Below, piece by piece: positions 1-11,664 of a stretch of DNA of 64,000 bases. Under the pieces are notes generated by a model. That model searched no databases. It worked only from the letters and a program-made list of their open reading frames with translations, and was not told the origin of the DNA. Source of the DNA: Octopus sinensis (Eukaryota). Positions within the stretch are counted from its first letter, which is position 1; every line of letters starts with the position of its first letter. Location of the stretch: positions 5,704,001 to 5,768,000 of the forward strand of contig NC_042999.1 in NCBI RefSeq assembly GCF_006345805.1. The letters are read 5' to 3'. Both the position numbers and the translations under genes were made by a program.

Positions 1-59
1 ATGTATGTATGTATGTATATATATGTATGTATGTATGTATATATATGTATATATGTATG

Positions 60-95
<36 letters not shown>

Positions 96-160
96 TGCAT
101 ATATATATATATACACATGCATATATATATATATACATGCATATATATATATATATAAAT
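1..160. repeat. (TA)n/(TATG)n microsatellite
   Basis: Direct inspection. Confidence 0.95.
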
Positions 161-544
161 AATATGATATAAGAATAACTATATATCTATTGAAGTAAAA
201 CTGTACGTGATTATATATAACATAACAACTACATATCTACAGATGTAGAACTGTGAATATATATCGTTTTGTAAAACTATACAGTAATGTGAGAGTGTGA
301 AAGCAAATCAGTAATATATTTTACATATGCCAGCCTGGAAAGCAGGCATTAAATAATATTGATGATGATGATGATGATGATAATGCTAACCTTATCTGAT
401 ACGATTCAGTATGTTGAACCAACCATATTAAATCCTATATCAGATAATGTTTGCATTATGTAAATATATTATTGATTTACTTCAATATTATCACATTTCT
501 ATATAGTTTCACTTCTGTCACAGTGGACAGTTTAATATATCAAC

Positions 545-852
545 GTTTTGTTTCACCGCACCTTCCAAATGTGGCAGATGCCAGCGCCACCTTACTGGCG
601 TCCGTGTCAGTGACACGTAAAAGCACCAACCGATCGTGGCCGTTTGCCAGCCTCCTCTGGCCCCTGTGCTGGTGCCATGTAAAAAGCACCCACTACACTC
701 ACAGAGTGGTTGGCGTTAGGAAGTGCATACAGCTGTAGAAACTGCCAGATCAGGCTGGAGCCTGGTGCAGCCTCCTTGCTTCTGAGACCCCAGTCGAACT
801 GTCCAACCCATGCCAGCATGGGAAGCGGGCGTTAAACGGTGATGATGATGAT
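545..852 (+). mobile_element. SINE family S1 ((GAT)n-tailed, internal ~70-bp tandem units)
   Basis: Shared core gagtggttggcgttaggaag..catccagctgtagaaa and tail ggacgttaaacgatgatgat; about 15 copies in the window. Confidence 0.8.
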
Positions 853-859
853 TTGTTTG

Positions 860-1765
<906 letters not shown>

Positions 1766-1780
1766 TTTATATCTCAGACT

Positions 1781-1969
1781 CAGGGGTGTAGCTAGGGTGG
1801 GGAAAGCAGGGCACATACCCTGGGCGCCGCAATTTTGACCCAAATCATTTTTTAATTAATTCATTAAAAAAAAACATTTTTTTATGCATGTTTCTGCTTT
1901 TTTGTTAGTGGGGGGGTGGAGCAATTTTGATGCTTACCCTGGGTGCCATTTACCTTAGCTACGCCCCTG
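1781..1969. mobile_element. hAT-like MITE
   Basis: TIRs caggggtgtagctagggt / accttagctacgcccctg; 8-bp TSD ctcagact (1773-1780) / ctcaggct (1970-1977). Confidence 0.75.
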
Positions 1970-2126
1970 CTCAGGCTGCAAGTTATCTAATGTAAATATT
2001 AGCATTCAAATGCACGTGTTTGGTAGTTTTACAGCAAAATGATTTTATCTTTTTGAAATTCTTAACAAGCTTGTTGTAAAGTTCAACATTTAAAACTGTG
2101 AAATTCCTTTTTGCTTTTTCACCTAG

Positions 2127-2273
2127 AACTGGACCGTTTAGTTGAGCCATTGCGAGCTACCTGTACTACAAAGGTGAAAGCACACTCTGTGAAACAAGAG
2201 TTTGAAAAACAAGATGAGTTGAAACGATCAGCTATGAGAGCTGTGGCATCATTACTCAATATTACTGACTCAG
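2127..2273 (+). CDS. CAND1: Cullin-associated NEDD8-dissociated protein 1, penultimate coding exon
   Basis: Peptide [48 protein letters not shown] matches the CAND1 C-terminus from recall; acceptor cctag at 2122-2126; donor GTAAGT at 2274; phase 1 at both ends. Confidence 0.93.
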
Positions 2274-2589
2274 GTAAGTCTTTATCTTGTTTGAATTAAC
2301 TTGGTTTCTGTTGATTAGTTAGTCCCATTCTAGGATTAAAGCATCAAAATGGACCGTTTTATTACTCAAACCTCTCGTTATCATTTGATTGAATTAGATC
2401 TGTTGGATATGATTGATAATCAGAAGTATTAATTTGTAACCATTGTATTTTTTGATTTCGATTGCCCATGTTCAAAATTGAAGTCGAAATCAAACTCGGT
2501 GACTGGAATCCGTTGCTAGTGGAGCGCTAAGAGTACCATACAAGTGAGATCGTTGCCAGAGCAACAAGCTGGCCTTCGTATTGATGGCA

Positions 2590-2852
2590 CGTTAAACACA
2601 CCATTCAAGCGTGATCGTTACTGCATCACCAGAGCCGCTGAACTGGTTCCTGTGCAGGTGGCACATAAAAAGCACCATTTGGGCGTGGCTGTTGCCAGTA
2701 CCACCACACTGGCCCTCCGGAGTGGTTGGCGTTAGGAAGGGCATCCAGCTGTAGAAACACTGCCAGATCAGACTGGAGTCTGGTTCGCCAGACCTCAGTC
2801 AAATTGTCCAACCCATGCTAGCATGGAAAGCGGACATTAAATGATGATGATG
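2590..2852 (+). mobile_element. SINE S1
   Basis: Core and (GAT)n tail as at 545-852. Confidence 0.75.
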
Positions 2853-3284
2853 TTCAGTCCAGTGCAGGACGAGGGCCTCAGCGTGTTCTTTCTACCAGGC
2901 CAAGCATGGTATGATGTGGAGGCTGTGGAATTGAACTTGAGATCATACTGCTCTGGTGAGCCTACTCTGCCACACTGACTCAATTGAAACGGTTTGGCAG
3001 AGGGATGCAGTTTTTATGCTCTTACCCAGAAGTGATGTTAACTGCCTGTAAAGTGTACCTGTGTGTGTGAGTAAATAATTGTTTAGATGTATAACTCAAG
3101 AAGGAGTACTCAATACCTACAGTAGTGTGTGTTTTATTTGTCCTAAGCTCATGATTCAGCATGTCTTAACAGGTCGTATGTCACCTTAACGAACTTCACA
3201 CAACGAGATTTGTAACTGTGTGAACCACCACCTTTGAACGTGTGTGTTGTTCTAATTGTTGTTGTGTATGTCTATGTATAGATG

Positions 3285-3540
3285 CAGGCTTGTCTGCGAG
3301 GTAAGAAGTTTGCTTCCCAACCACATGGTTCCAGGTTCAGTCCCACTGTGAGGCACCTTGGTCAAATATCTTCTACTATTATCTCTGTCCAACCAAAGCT
3401 TTGTGAGTGGATTTGGTAGATGGAAACTGAAAGAAGCCCATCATATATGTGTATGTCTCTGTGTTTGTTCCACCACCATTTGACAAGTGTTGATGTGTTT
3501 ACATCCCCTTAACTTAGCAATTTGGCAAAAGAAACTGATC
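3285..3540 (+). mobile_element. tRNA-derived SINE family S2
   Basis: Box B-like ggttcagtccc; body ggaaactgaaagaagccc; about 12 copies in the window. Confidence 0.75.
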
Positions 3541-3895
3541 CTATGACTCGTGGTCATAGCATCGCGGTTTCGATTCCCAGACCGGGCGTTGTGAGTGTTT
3601 ATTGAGCGAAAACACCTAAAAGCTCCACGAGGCTCCGGCACGGGATGGTGGTGATCCCTGCTGTACTCTTTCACCACAACTTTCTCTCACTCTTACTTCC
3701 TGTTTCTGTTGTACCTGTATTTCAAGGGACCGGCCTTGTCACTCTCTGTGTCACGCTGAATATTCCCGAGAACTACGTAAAGGGTGCACGTGTCTGTGGA
3801 GTACTCAGCCACTTACACGTTAATTTCCCGAGCAGGCTGTTCCGTTGATTCGGATCGACTGGAACCCTCATCGTCGTAACCGACGGAGTGCTTCC
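3540..3895 (+). mobile_element. tRNA-derived SINE family S3 (Arg-like head), 5'-truncated
   Basis: ggtttcgattcccagaccgggcg..aaaacacctaaagctccacgagg..gtcgtaaccgacggagtgc. Confidence 0.75.
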
Positions 3896-4111
3896 TTCCC
3901 TATATATATATATATATATATATACTAAGCAATAAAGGGTTTAGCAACGAATTGCCTTACCACAGACCGAATTTAGAATTAGCAGTCAAAGAGTTATAGC
4001 TATTTCTTCTACTAAAAAGGGAGATCTCAGTAAAAACAGCAATTGGAAGGCAGACACAAACAGGTAAGAGAGAATGAATTGACGGCAATCTATCATACAA
4101 TTTTAAGTTAT

Positions 4112-4209
4112 CTACGGACGCACGTTTCGAAATCAAGTTTTTAGGAAAGCATAAGAATTAAATACTAAATAATTCTACCTTACCCAAACTTCTTTTCTCT
4201 TCAGCGTAG
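4112..4209 (-). ncRNA. Type I hammerhead ribozyme (inverted copy)
   Basis: Reverse complement of 4624-4721 with one loop mismatch. Confidence 0.72.
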
Positions 4210-4623
4210 AATACTATAATCATAAATGATTATATATTGAATTTTGAGATACTAGAAGGCACCAACTCAACTAAGTATCAGAGCGAGCTAGAATCCGCAA
4301 CTAGTATCACCAAACTCAAATGTGAATGAAAAGGTTGTGTCACCAGCCCCTTCCCACCCGCGTGTAGCCAAAACAAGATGCTGTGGTCATCTACTGAGAT
4401 AAAATATGGTTATCCGTAATAATGAAGGGTGAAATTAATTAATTTGGAATAATTATCAATTACACCAAGTAGTCTTCGGCATGTAAAAGCCTCATTCGAG
4501 GAAAATTTAAGTAATACTAAGCAATAAAGGGTTTGCGGATTCTAGCTCGCTCTGATACTTAGTTGAGTTGGTGCCTTCTAGTATCTCAAAATTCAATATA
4601 TAATCATTTATGATTATAGTATT

Positions 4624-4721
4624 CTACGCTGAAGAGAAAAGAAGTTTGGGTAAGGTAGAATTATTTAATATTTAATTCTTATGCTTTCCTAAAAACTTGA
4701 TTTCGAAACGTGCGTCCGTAG
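4624..4721 (+). ncRNA. Type I hammerhead ribozyme, canonical core, long stem II
   Basis: Stem I CUACG/CGUAG; CUGAAGA (4629-4635); stem II GAAA..AAGUUU//AAACUU..UUUC; GAAAC (4705-4709); minimal stem III AC-GUGC-GU; cleavage triplet GUC (4714-4716). Confidence 0.75.
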
Positions 4722-5006
4722 ATAACTTAAAATTGTATGATAGATTGCCGTCAATTCATTCTCTCTTACCTGTTTGTGTCTGCCTTCCAATTGCTGTTTT
4801 TACTGAGATCTCCCTTTTTAGTAGAAGAAATAGCTATAACTCTTTGACTGCTATTTCTAAATTCGGTCTGTGGTAAGGCAATTCGTTGCTAAACCCTTTA
4901 TTGCTTAGTATTACTTAAATTTTCCTCGAATGAGGCTTTTACATGCCGAAGACTACTTGGTGTAATTGATAATTATTCCAAATTAATTAATTTCACCCTT
5001 CATTAT

Positions 5007-5056
<50 letters not shown>

Positions 5057-5060
<4 letters not shown>

Positions 5061-5390
5061 AAGGCGCATGGCTCAGTGGTTAGAGCGTCGAGCTTACAAT
5101 TGTGAGGTTGTGAGTTCAATTCCTGGACTGGACTGTGTGTTGTGTTCTTGAGCAAGACACTTTATTTCCTGTTGCTCCAGCTCACTCAGCTATAGAAATG
5201 AGTTGTGATGTCAGTGGTGCCAAGCTGTATCGGCCCCTTTGCCTTTCCCTTGGATAACATCAGTGGCGTGAAGAGGGGAGGCTGGTATGCATGGGCAACT
5301 GCTGGTCTTCCATAAAAAGAACCCTAGGTTGTGCATTCACACGGCCCCCAGTCAAATGACTGAAACAAGTAAAAGAAAAATGTAAAAGAA
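5057..5390 (+). mobile_element. tRNA-derived SINE family S4
   Basis: Box A tggctcagtgg, box B agttcaattcc; tail gtcaaatgactgaaacaagtaaaag shared with S2. Confidence 0.7.
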
Positions 5391-5559
5391 TATATATGTG
5401 CAAGATTTTTTATGTGAAGTCGTGTGTTGAAACAGATATTATTATATTTCAGAATGGTCATTTTGCCAGTTTAGCCAATAAAAACACACGCACTATATAT
5501 TTGGTGTTATTTTGCTTCAGCGTTATTTATTTTTTACATTAATCTTAATCTTATTTCGG

Positions 5560-5599
5560 CCAGAGTTCTTTCATCACACTCCTGTGACCTCAACAGTGG
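5560..5599 (-). ncRNA. Minimal hammerhead-like motif, variant core CUGUUGA
   Basis: CCA CUGUUGA G GUCAC AGGAGU GUGAU GAAA G AA CUC UGG. Confidence 0.5.
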
Positions 5600-5791
5600 T
5601 CCTTTGTTTTCTTCTTACTTATTTGTGTCTCTCCTCACTAACCGTCAGCCATTTTGTGTGTGTATATGTATCATTTAATATTATACGCGATTACAAAAGA
5701 GCTACAAAAAGTTTCATGCTTTTAAGATACAATAAATTGGCTGACGGTTAGTAAGGAGAGACACACAAATAAGAAAGAAGAAAACAAAGGA

Positions 5792-5831
5792 CCACTGATG
5801 CGGTCACAGGAGTGTGACGAAAGAACTCTGG
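5792..5831 (+). ncRNA. Minimal hammerhead-like motif, variant core CUGAUGC
   Basis: CCA CUGAUGC G GUCAC AGGAGU GUGAC GAAA G AA CUC UGG. Confidence 0.5.
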
Positions 5832-6055
5832 CCGAAATAAGATTAAGATTAATGTAAAAAATAAATAACACTGAAGCAAAATAACACCAAATATATAGTG
5901 CGTGTGTTTTTATTGGCTAAACTGGCAAAATGACCATTCTGAAATATAATAATATATATGTGTGTGTGTATAATAATATATAAGTATGTATACATACATA
6001 CCCATACCCTATGACCGCGAGTCCGCTGCCCTAACCACTGGGCCATTGCGCCTCC

Positions 6056-6112
<57 letters not shown>

Positions 6113-6224
6113 CACAAGCACACATACATACATGTATGTACATACACATGCGAACACACATGTATGTCTATACACACACACATACTTTACAGTTCTACAT
6201 TTTGCAGTCAGCGTCCTGGTTCTT

Positions 6225-6390
6225 ATAATATAATATATATGTGTGTATAATATAATATATATGTGTGTATAATATGATATGTGTGTGTATAATATGATAT
6301 ATATGTGTGTATAATATAATATATATGTGTGTGTATAATAATATATATGTGTGTATAATAATATATATGTGTGTATAATAATATATATGT
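6225..6390. repeat. AT-rich minisatellite (tataatatatatgtgtg-like units)
   Basis: About 8 imperfect tandem units just upstream of the last CAND1 acceptor. Confidence 0.85.
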
Positions 6391-6434
6391 GCAGGAGCTG
6401 TGTTTGAAGTCTGGATTTTTTCTTTCTTTTACAG

Positions 6435-6562
6435 CAAAGAACCCAATTGTGAATGAATTTCTAGTACAAATCAAAGGTAATTCCGAACTGTCTGCAATGT
6501 TTGAAGCCATACAGAAAGACGTCTCTTCCACTGGGTCAGATTCCTTGATGGACATCAGCTGA
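6435..6562 (+). CDS. CAND1: CAND1 terminal coding exon
   Basis: Polypyrimidine tract plus acag acceptor at 6431-6434; phase 1 joins G+CA (Ala); KNPIVNEFLVQIKGNSELSAMFEAIQKDVSSTGSDSLMDIS* resembles the CAND1 C-terminal helix; TGA at 6560-6562. Confidence 0.9.
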
Positions 6563-6846
6563 ATGCTCTCAACCCCCTTCTTAGCCCTAACTTTCTTATC
6601 TCTTATCATCCTCTGTGCCTTTATTTACAGCTTGTCTCTTCACGTCCACACTTATAATATACTCAAAAACAAACAAACAAACAAACATAGAGATGATGAT
6701 GAAGAAGAAGAAGAAGCAGGTTTCTATGGCAACCTCTGAAATATTGATTGACTTGCATTTTCTTCTCCTGGAGAAAATCATCTTCTGACTAAGGAATTAC
6801 TATTAACACACGCACACACACACACACTGCTTCTCTCTGTCTGTCT

Positions 6847-6882
<36 letters not shown>

Positions 6883-7019
6883 TACATACATACCCATACA
6901 CACAATTGATGTCTGAACTTTAGTTTTCTCTGATTTTCCATGTCTGTTTAATGTCAGACCATTGTTTCATAAAGATTTCCTGTTCCTTGCTTTTCTATTT
7001 CCACTTCTTCCCCCCTCTC

Positions 7020-7059
<40 letters not shown>

Positions 7060-7380
7060 ATTAAGTGTGCCATTAATTGCAGTTAGCCTCTGTCCATTTG
7101 TCTCACTTGATCCATTTATTGCTGACCTGTTGATTGCTCGGATTATGTTTCTGATATGGCGAGAAAAAAAGAAACAAAAAGAAGAAAAAAAAAAAAGAAA
7201 AAAGTGAAAATAAATAAACAAACACCACCCCACCCCACCCCAGACTGGACAATGCAGTTTTTTTATGTCCAAACCCTGCCCCCCCCCCCACCTCTGCATT
7301 TCTTTTTCTTCTTTACAGAGTATAAAAATAAATAAAACAAAAAAAAATTAATAATAAAAAGAAAAACTGAATAAAGTTTT
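6563..7380 (+). other. CAND1: Probable CAND1 3' UTR with candidate AATAAA signals
   Basis: SINE-free stretch after the stop codon; AATAAA at about 7209, 7327 and 7370, the last followed by a U-rich tract. The true 3' end cannot be determined from sequence. Confidence 0.45.
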
Positions 7381-7759
7381 TTTCCCTCCTCCCTAAATGT
7401 GAAAATGGTTTTTTTTTATGTGAGATTTTTCTTTTCATTATTATTGAGATTTTTTTTTTTTTCATTTTTATAAAAAAATGTATTTTAAAAGAAATCTTTA
7501 ACAGTAAAACCCATCTCTGTTCTTTTAAACCAGTTTTACTGTGTATATATTGGTTAGTTAATTTTTTGCTCAAAAAAGCAAAAAGCAAGGCCATGTAGGG
7601 GGACATGGAGTTATGTACAGGGTGGTGTTCACGTAAAGAGTTCAGGCCACTTGTGGTCAATGGAGACTTTGAACCGAGCGGTCGTCGGCATCTTCACTAT
7701 CTCGTCCGGCAGCTTATTCCACAGATCCGCAACCCGGACGGAGAAAGCCCCTCTCCTTC

Positions 7760-8090
7760 AATATTTATAGCCTCAGGCCGACCAAAGCCTTGTAAGTGGA
7801 TTTCATAGATGGAAACTGAAAGAAGCCTGTTGTATGTATGTATGTGTGTGTGTGTAAATATACATATGTATATACACTCTCTTTACTCTTTTACTTGTTT
7901 CAGACTGTGGCTATGCTGGAGCACCGCCTTTAGTAGAGCAAATCGACCCCGGAACTTATTCTTTGTAACCCTAGTACTTATTCTATCGGTCTCTTTTGAC
8001 AAATCGCTAAGTTACGGGGACATAAACACACCAGCATCAATTGTCAAGCGATGTTGGGGGGACAAACACAGACACACAAACATACATATA
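7760..8090 (-). mobile_element. SINE S2 pieces
   Basis: S2 body and tail, rearranged. Confidence 0.65.
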
Positions 8091-8100
8091 TATATATATA

Positions 8101-8487
8101 TCATCATCGTTTAACATCCGTTTTCCGCGCTAGCACGGGTTGGACGGTTCGACTGGGGTCTGGGAAGCCAGGGGCTGCCCCAGGCTCCAGTCTGATCTGT
8201 GATCTGGCAGTGTTTCTACAGCTGGATGCCCTTCCTAACACCAACCACTCCGAGAGTGTAGTGGGTGCTTTTTACATGCCATTGGCACAGGTGCCAGGGG
8301 AGGCTGGCAGTGGCCACGATCAGTTGGTGCTTTTAACGTTCCACCGGCACAGAAGCCAGTCAAGGCGGCGCTGGCATTGGCCACGTTCGGATGGTGCTTT
8401 TTATGTGCCACCGGCACGGAAGCCAGTCAAGGCAGCGCTGGCATTGGCCACGTTCGGATGGTGCTATTTATGTGCCACCGGCACAGG
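8101..8487 (-). mobile_element. SINE S1 with about 3 internal tandem units
   Basis: catcatcgtttaac tail; repeated gccaccggcac..ggatggtgct units. Confidence 0.8.
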
Positions 8488-8499
8488 TATATATATATA

Positions 8500-8672
8500 T
8501 ATATATACAACAAGCTTCTTTCAGTTTCCATCTACCCACTTCACTCACAAGGCTTTGGTTAGCCCAAGGCTATAATAGAAGACACTTGGCTAAGGTGCTA
8601 CACAGTGGGAATGAACCCAGAACCATGTGGTTGGTAAGCAAGCTACTTACCACAGCCACTCCTGCACCTATT
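8500..8672 (-). mobile_element. SINE S2
   Basis: Head accacagccactcctgcacct. Confidence 0.75.
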
Positions 8673-8682
8673 ATATTATACA

Positions 8683-8982
8683 TAGCTGCAGAGAGTATAT
8701 GAACCGCACACAAGTGTACGAGTGATTCAGACGTTTCCACGATGGCTGAAAAAATGTCGATAGCAATGACTGTTCTGGGAAACCTGCAAGGAGCAGAACC
8801 TCACAGCTGTGAGGGGAAATCGTGGAATCACCATCTGTGAGTTATCAGAGGCTGTGCAGATTACTTACGATTCAGTTCTGTCCATTGTCACTGAAGATTT
8901 GAGTATGAGATGCATGTCTGCCAAGTTTGTGCCAAAACTGCTTTCAGCTGACCAAAAACACTCTTGGACTTCAGTTGCACAA
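8683..8982 (+). pseudogene. Mariner transposase relic (HTH region)
   Basis: MNRTQVYE*FRRFHDG..RGNRGITICELSEAVQITYDSVLSIVTEDLSMRCMSAKFVPKLL. Confidence 0.8.
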
Positions 8983-9330
8983 GGCGCAGGAGTGGCTGTG
9001 TGGTAAGTAGCTTGCTAACCAGCCACATGGTTCCAGGTTCAGTCCCACTGCGTGGCATCTTGGGCAAGTGTCTTCTACTATAGCCTCAGGCCGACCAATG
9101 CCTTGTGAGTGGATTTGGTAGACGGAAACTGAAAGAAGCCCGTCGTATATATGTATATATATATAAGTGTGTGTGTATATGTTTGTGTGTTTGTCCCCCT
9201 AGCATTGCTTGACAACCGTTGCTGGTGTGTTTACGTCCCCGTCACCTAGCGGTTCGGCAAAAGAGACCAATAGAATAAGTACTGGGGTCGATTTGCATGT
9301 CCGCAGTCAAATGACTGAAACAAGTAATAG
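8982..9330 (+). mobile_element. SINE S2
   Basis: Full head gcaggagtggctgtgtggtaag. Confidence 0.8.
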
Positions 9331-9354
9331 AATAGAATTGTGTCAAGAATGATG

Positions 9355-9590
9355 AAAACTTTGTGTAGGCTTCTGAGCAGGCATCGCCAAACTTTTGGCA
9401 AATTTTGATGCAGATTCTATGCTCAACTTTCTCTGTCATGGTCAATGCAATGATCACACGCTACACACCTTCCTTCCAAGCACTGCTGTAAACAGCAGAA
9501 TTCAACATCAATATGTGCCAAGTAGCTTCATTCTGTGTGCTTTAGCTTTGTCACTATGGCAACAGTCTGAATACTTATTGATCAAACCAC
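9355..9590 (-). mobile_element. Mariner 5' end (TIR plus transposase N-terminus)
   Basis: TIR-like ggtttgatcaataagtattcagactg; MTEKVEHRICIKICQKFGDACSEAYTK from the ATG at 9439. Confidence 0.75.
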
Positions 9591-9735
9591 ACACACAAAA
9601 GGCTTCTTTTAGTTTCCACTCACAAGGCTTTGGTTCACTCGAGGCTATAGTAGAAGATACTTGCCCAAGATGCCCCGCAGTGGGACTGAACCCGGAACCA
9701 TGTGGTTGGGAAGCAAACTTTACCACAGTATCACA
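9590..9735 (-). mobile_element. SINE S2 partial
   Basis: S2 head and body. Confidence 0.7.
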
Positions 9736-9858
9736 CACACGTCTTTCTATCTGCTGAAAAGAGATTTTCATTTGGGAAAGGCTTCATTGTTGCAGCTCTA
9801 TTGTCTTCTAAGTATAAAGGTCTGTTATGACTATTGAAAACAAACGTAATATATCCAC

Positions 9859-10564
9859 ATGGAGGTGCAATGGCCCAGTGGTTAGGGCAGCAGACTCACG
9901 GTTTCGATTCCCAGACCGGGCGTTGCGAGTGTTTATTGAACGAAAACACCTAAAGCCCCACCACAAGGCTTCGGCAGGAGTGGGTTGGTGGCAAACCCTG
10001 CTGTACTCTTTCACTCTTTCTTCCTGTTCCAGTTGTACCCGTATTTCAAAGGGTCAACCTTGTCACGCTAAATCTCTCCGAGGACTACGTTAAGTGTAGG
10101 TGCAGGAGTGGCTATGTGGTAAGTAGCTTGTTTACCAACCACATGGTTCCGGGTTCAGTCCCACTGCGTGGCACCTTGGGCAAATGTCTTCTACTATAGC
10201 CTCGGGCCGACCAAAGCCTGGTGAAAGAAGCCCGTCGTATATATGTATGTATATATATGTTTGTGTGTCTGTGTTTGTCCCCCCAGCATTGCTTGACAAC
10301 CGATGCTGGTGTGTTTATGTCCCCGTCACTTAGCAGTTCGGCAATAGAGACCGATAGAATAAGTACTGGGCTTACAAAGAATAAGTCCCAGAGTTGAGTT
10401 GCTCGATTAAAGGCGGTGCTCCAGCATGGCCGCAGTCAAATGACTGAAACGAGTAAAAGTGTGTCTGTGGAGTGCTCAGCTACTTGTGCATTAATTTCAC
10501 GAGCAGGCTGTTCCGTTGATTGGATCAACTGGAATCCTTGTCGTCGTAACCGACGGAGTGCCGT
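9859..10564 (+). mobile_element. SINE S3 with a nested S2 (about 10097-10460), flanked by 48-bp direct repeats
   Basis: Head ggaggtgcaatggcccagtgg; direct repeats 9811-9858 / 10565-10612, 45/48 identical. Confidence 0.8.
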
Positions 10565-10644
10565 AGTATAAAGGGCTGTTATGCCTATTGAAAACAAACA
10601 TAATATATCCACGTTACTTAGCTTCTAATACAAATCTAGCACTT

Positions 10645-10926
10645 CGTCGGTTACGACGATGAGGGTTCCAGTTGATCCGATCAACAGAACAACCTGCTTG
10701 TGAAATTAATGTGCCAGTGGCTGAGCACTCCACAGACACGTGTACCCTTAATGTAACAAGGCTGACCCTTTGAAATACAGGTGCAAAAGGAAGAAAGTTG
10801 TGGTGAAAGAATACAGCAAGGCTCGTGGAGCTTTAGGTGTTTTCACTCAATAAACACTCACAACGCCCGGTCTGGGAATCGAAACCACGCATTCGCTGCC
10901 TTAAACACTGGACCATTGTGCCTCCA
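10645..10926 (-). mobile_element. SINE S3 (internally deleted)
   Basis: Inverted relative to the copy at 9859-10564. Confidence 0.75.
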
Positions 10927-10929
10927 CTG

Positions 10930-11370
10930 CATCATCATCATCATCGTTTAACGTCCACTTTCCATGCTAGCATGGGTTGGACGATTTGACTGAGGGCTGG
11001 CGAACCAGATGGCTGCACCAGGCTCCAATCTTGATCTGGCAGAGTTTCTATGGCCGGATGCCCTTCCTAATGCCAACAACTCTGAGAATGTAGTGGGTGC
11101 TTTTACGTGCCACCTGCATGGGGGCCAGTCAGGCAGTACTGGCAATGACCGCTCGAATCTTTTTATACATGCCACTGGCACAGGTACCAGTAAGGCAACG
11201 TTGGTAACAATCATGCTCGAATGGTGCCCTTTTATGTGCCACTGACATGGAAGCCAGTTAGCTGCTCTGTCAACGATCACACTCGTATGGTGCTCTTTGC
11301 ACCCTGCTAGCATGGATGCCAGTCATCGAATTTGATTTTGATTTCACTTGCCCCAACAAGGTCTTCGCAA
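10930..11370 (-). mobile_element. SINE S1
   Basis: Tail, core and tandem units. Confidence 0.75.
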
Positions 11371-11664
11371 GCAGAATCCAAATATTATTTAACAGATTAA
11401 CCTTTCAGCTGTATTTTACATTCTCACTTCAAATCTCATCGACTTTGCCCTGGGTCTTTTCAATAAAATTTACTCAGCTGTTCCCTGCTTCTGCCCCAGA
11501 AAGTTTAGCCTTGTATCAATGTTAAAAACACCTTTAATCTTGTGCTTCACCTCCGCCTTCCATTATTAGATGTATTCTAATGTTTGAAGTAAGATTTTCT
11601 GTTGCTGAAGTAAAGTTTTCTAAACCAGCAACTAAATAACATATCTCACTCTCTCTCTCTCTCC

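Larger units (their letters stand above)
3922..5009. mobile_element. PLE-derived / retrozyme-like fold-back element between (TA)n tracts
   Basis: 3922-4300 is the near-perfect reverse complement of 4533-4911; 4416-4534 is the reverse complement of about 4891-5009; 21-nt direct terminal redundancy at 3922-3942 and 4514-4534; carries hammerhead motifs. Confidence 0.7.
5436..5955. mobile_element. PLE-derived inverted repeat (arms about 216 bp, spacer 86 bp)
   Basis: 5436-5651 is the reverse complement of 5738-5955 (roughly 95% identical by eye); a further copy lies at about 14200-14450. Confidence 0.75.

Noticed and set aside
700-850. HDV-like ribozyme in the S1 core or tail
   Set aside because: I could not build the nested double pseudoknot by eye; a descriptor search would be needed.
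6389-6434. Alternative CAND1 acceptor at tgcag (6394)
   Set aside because: It would be phase 0 while the upstream donor is phase 1, and it lacks a pyrimidine tract.
9859-9930. tRNA genes at SINE heads (also 5057, 8982, 33060, 40312, 53600)
   Set aside because: A and B boxes are present but the acceptor stems are incomplete, and each head runs into a multicopy SINE body.
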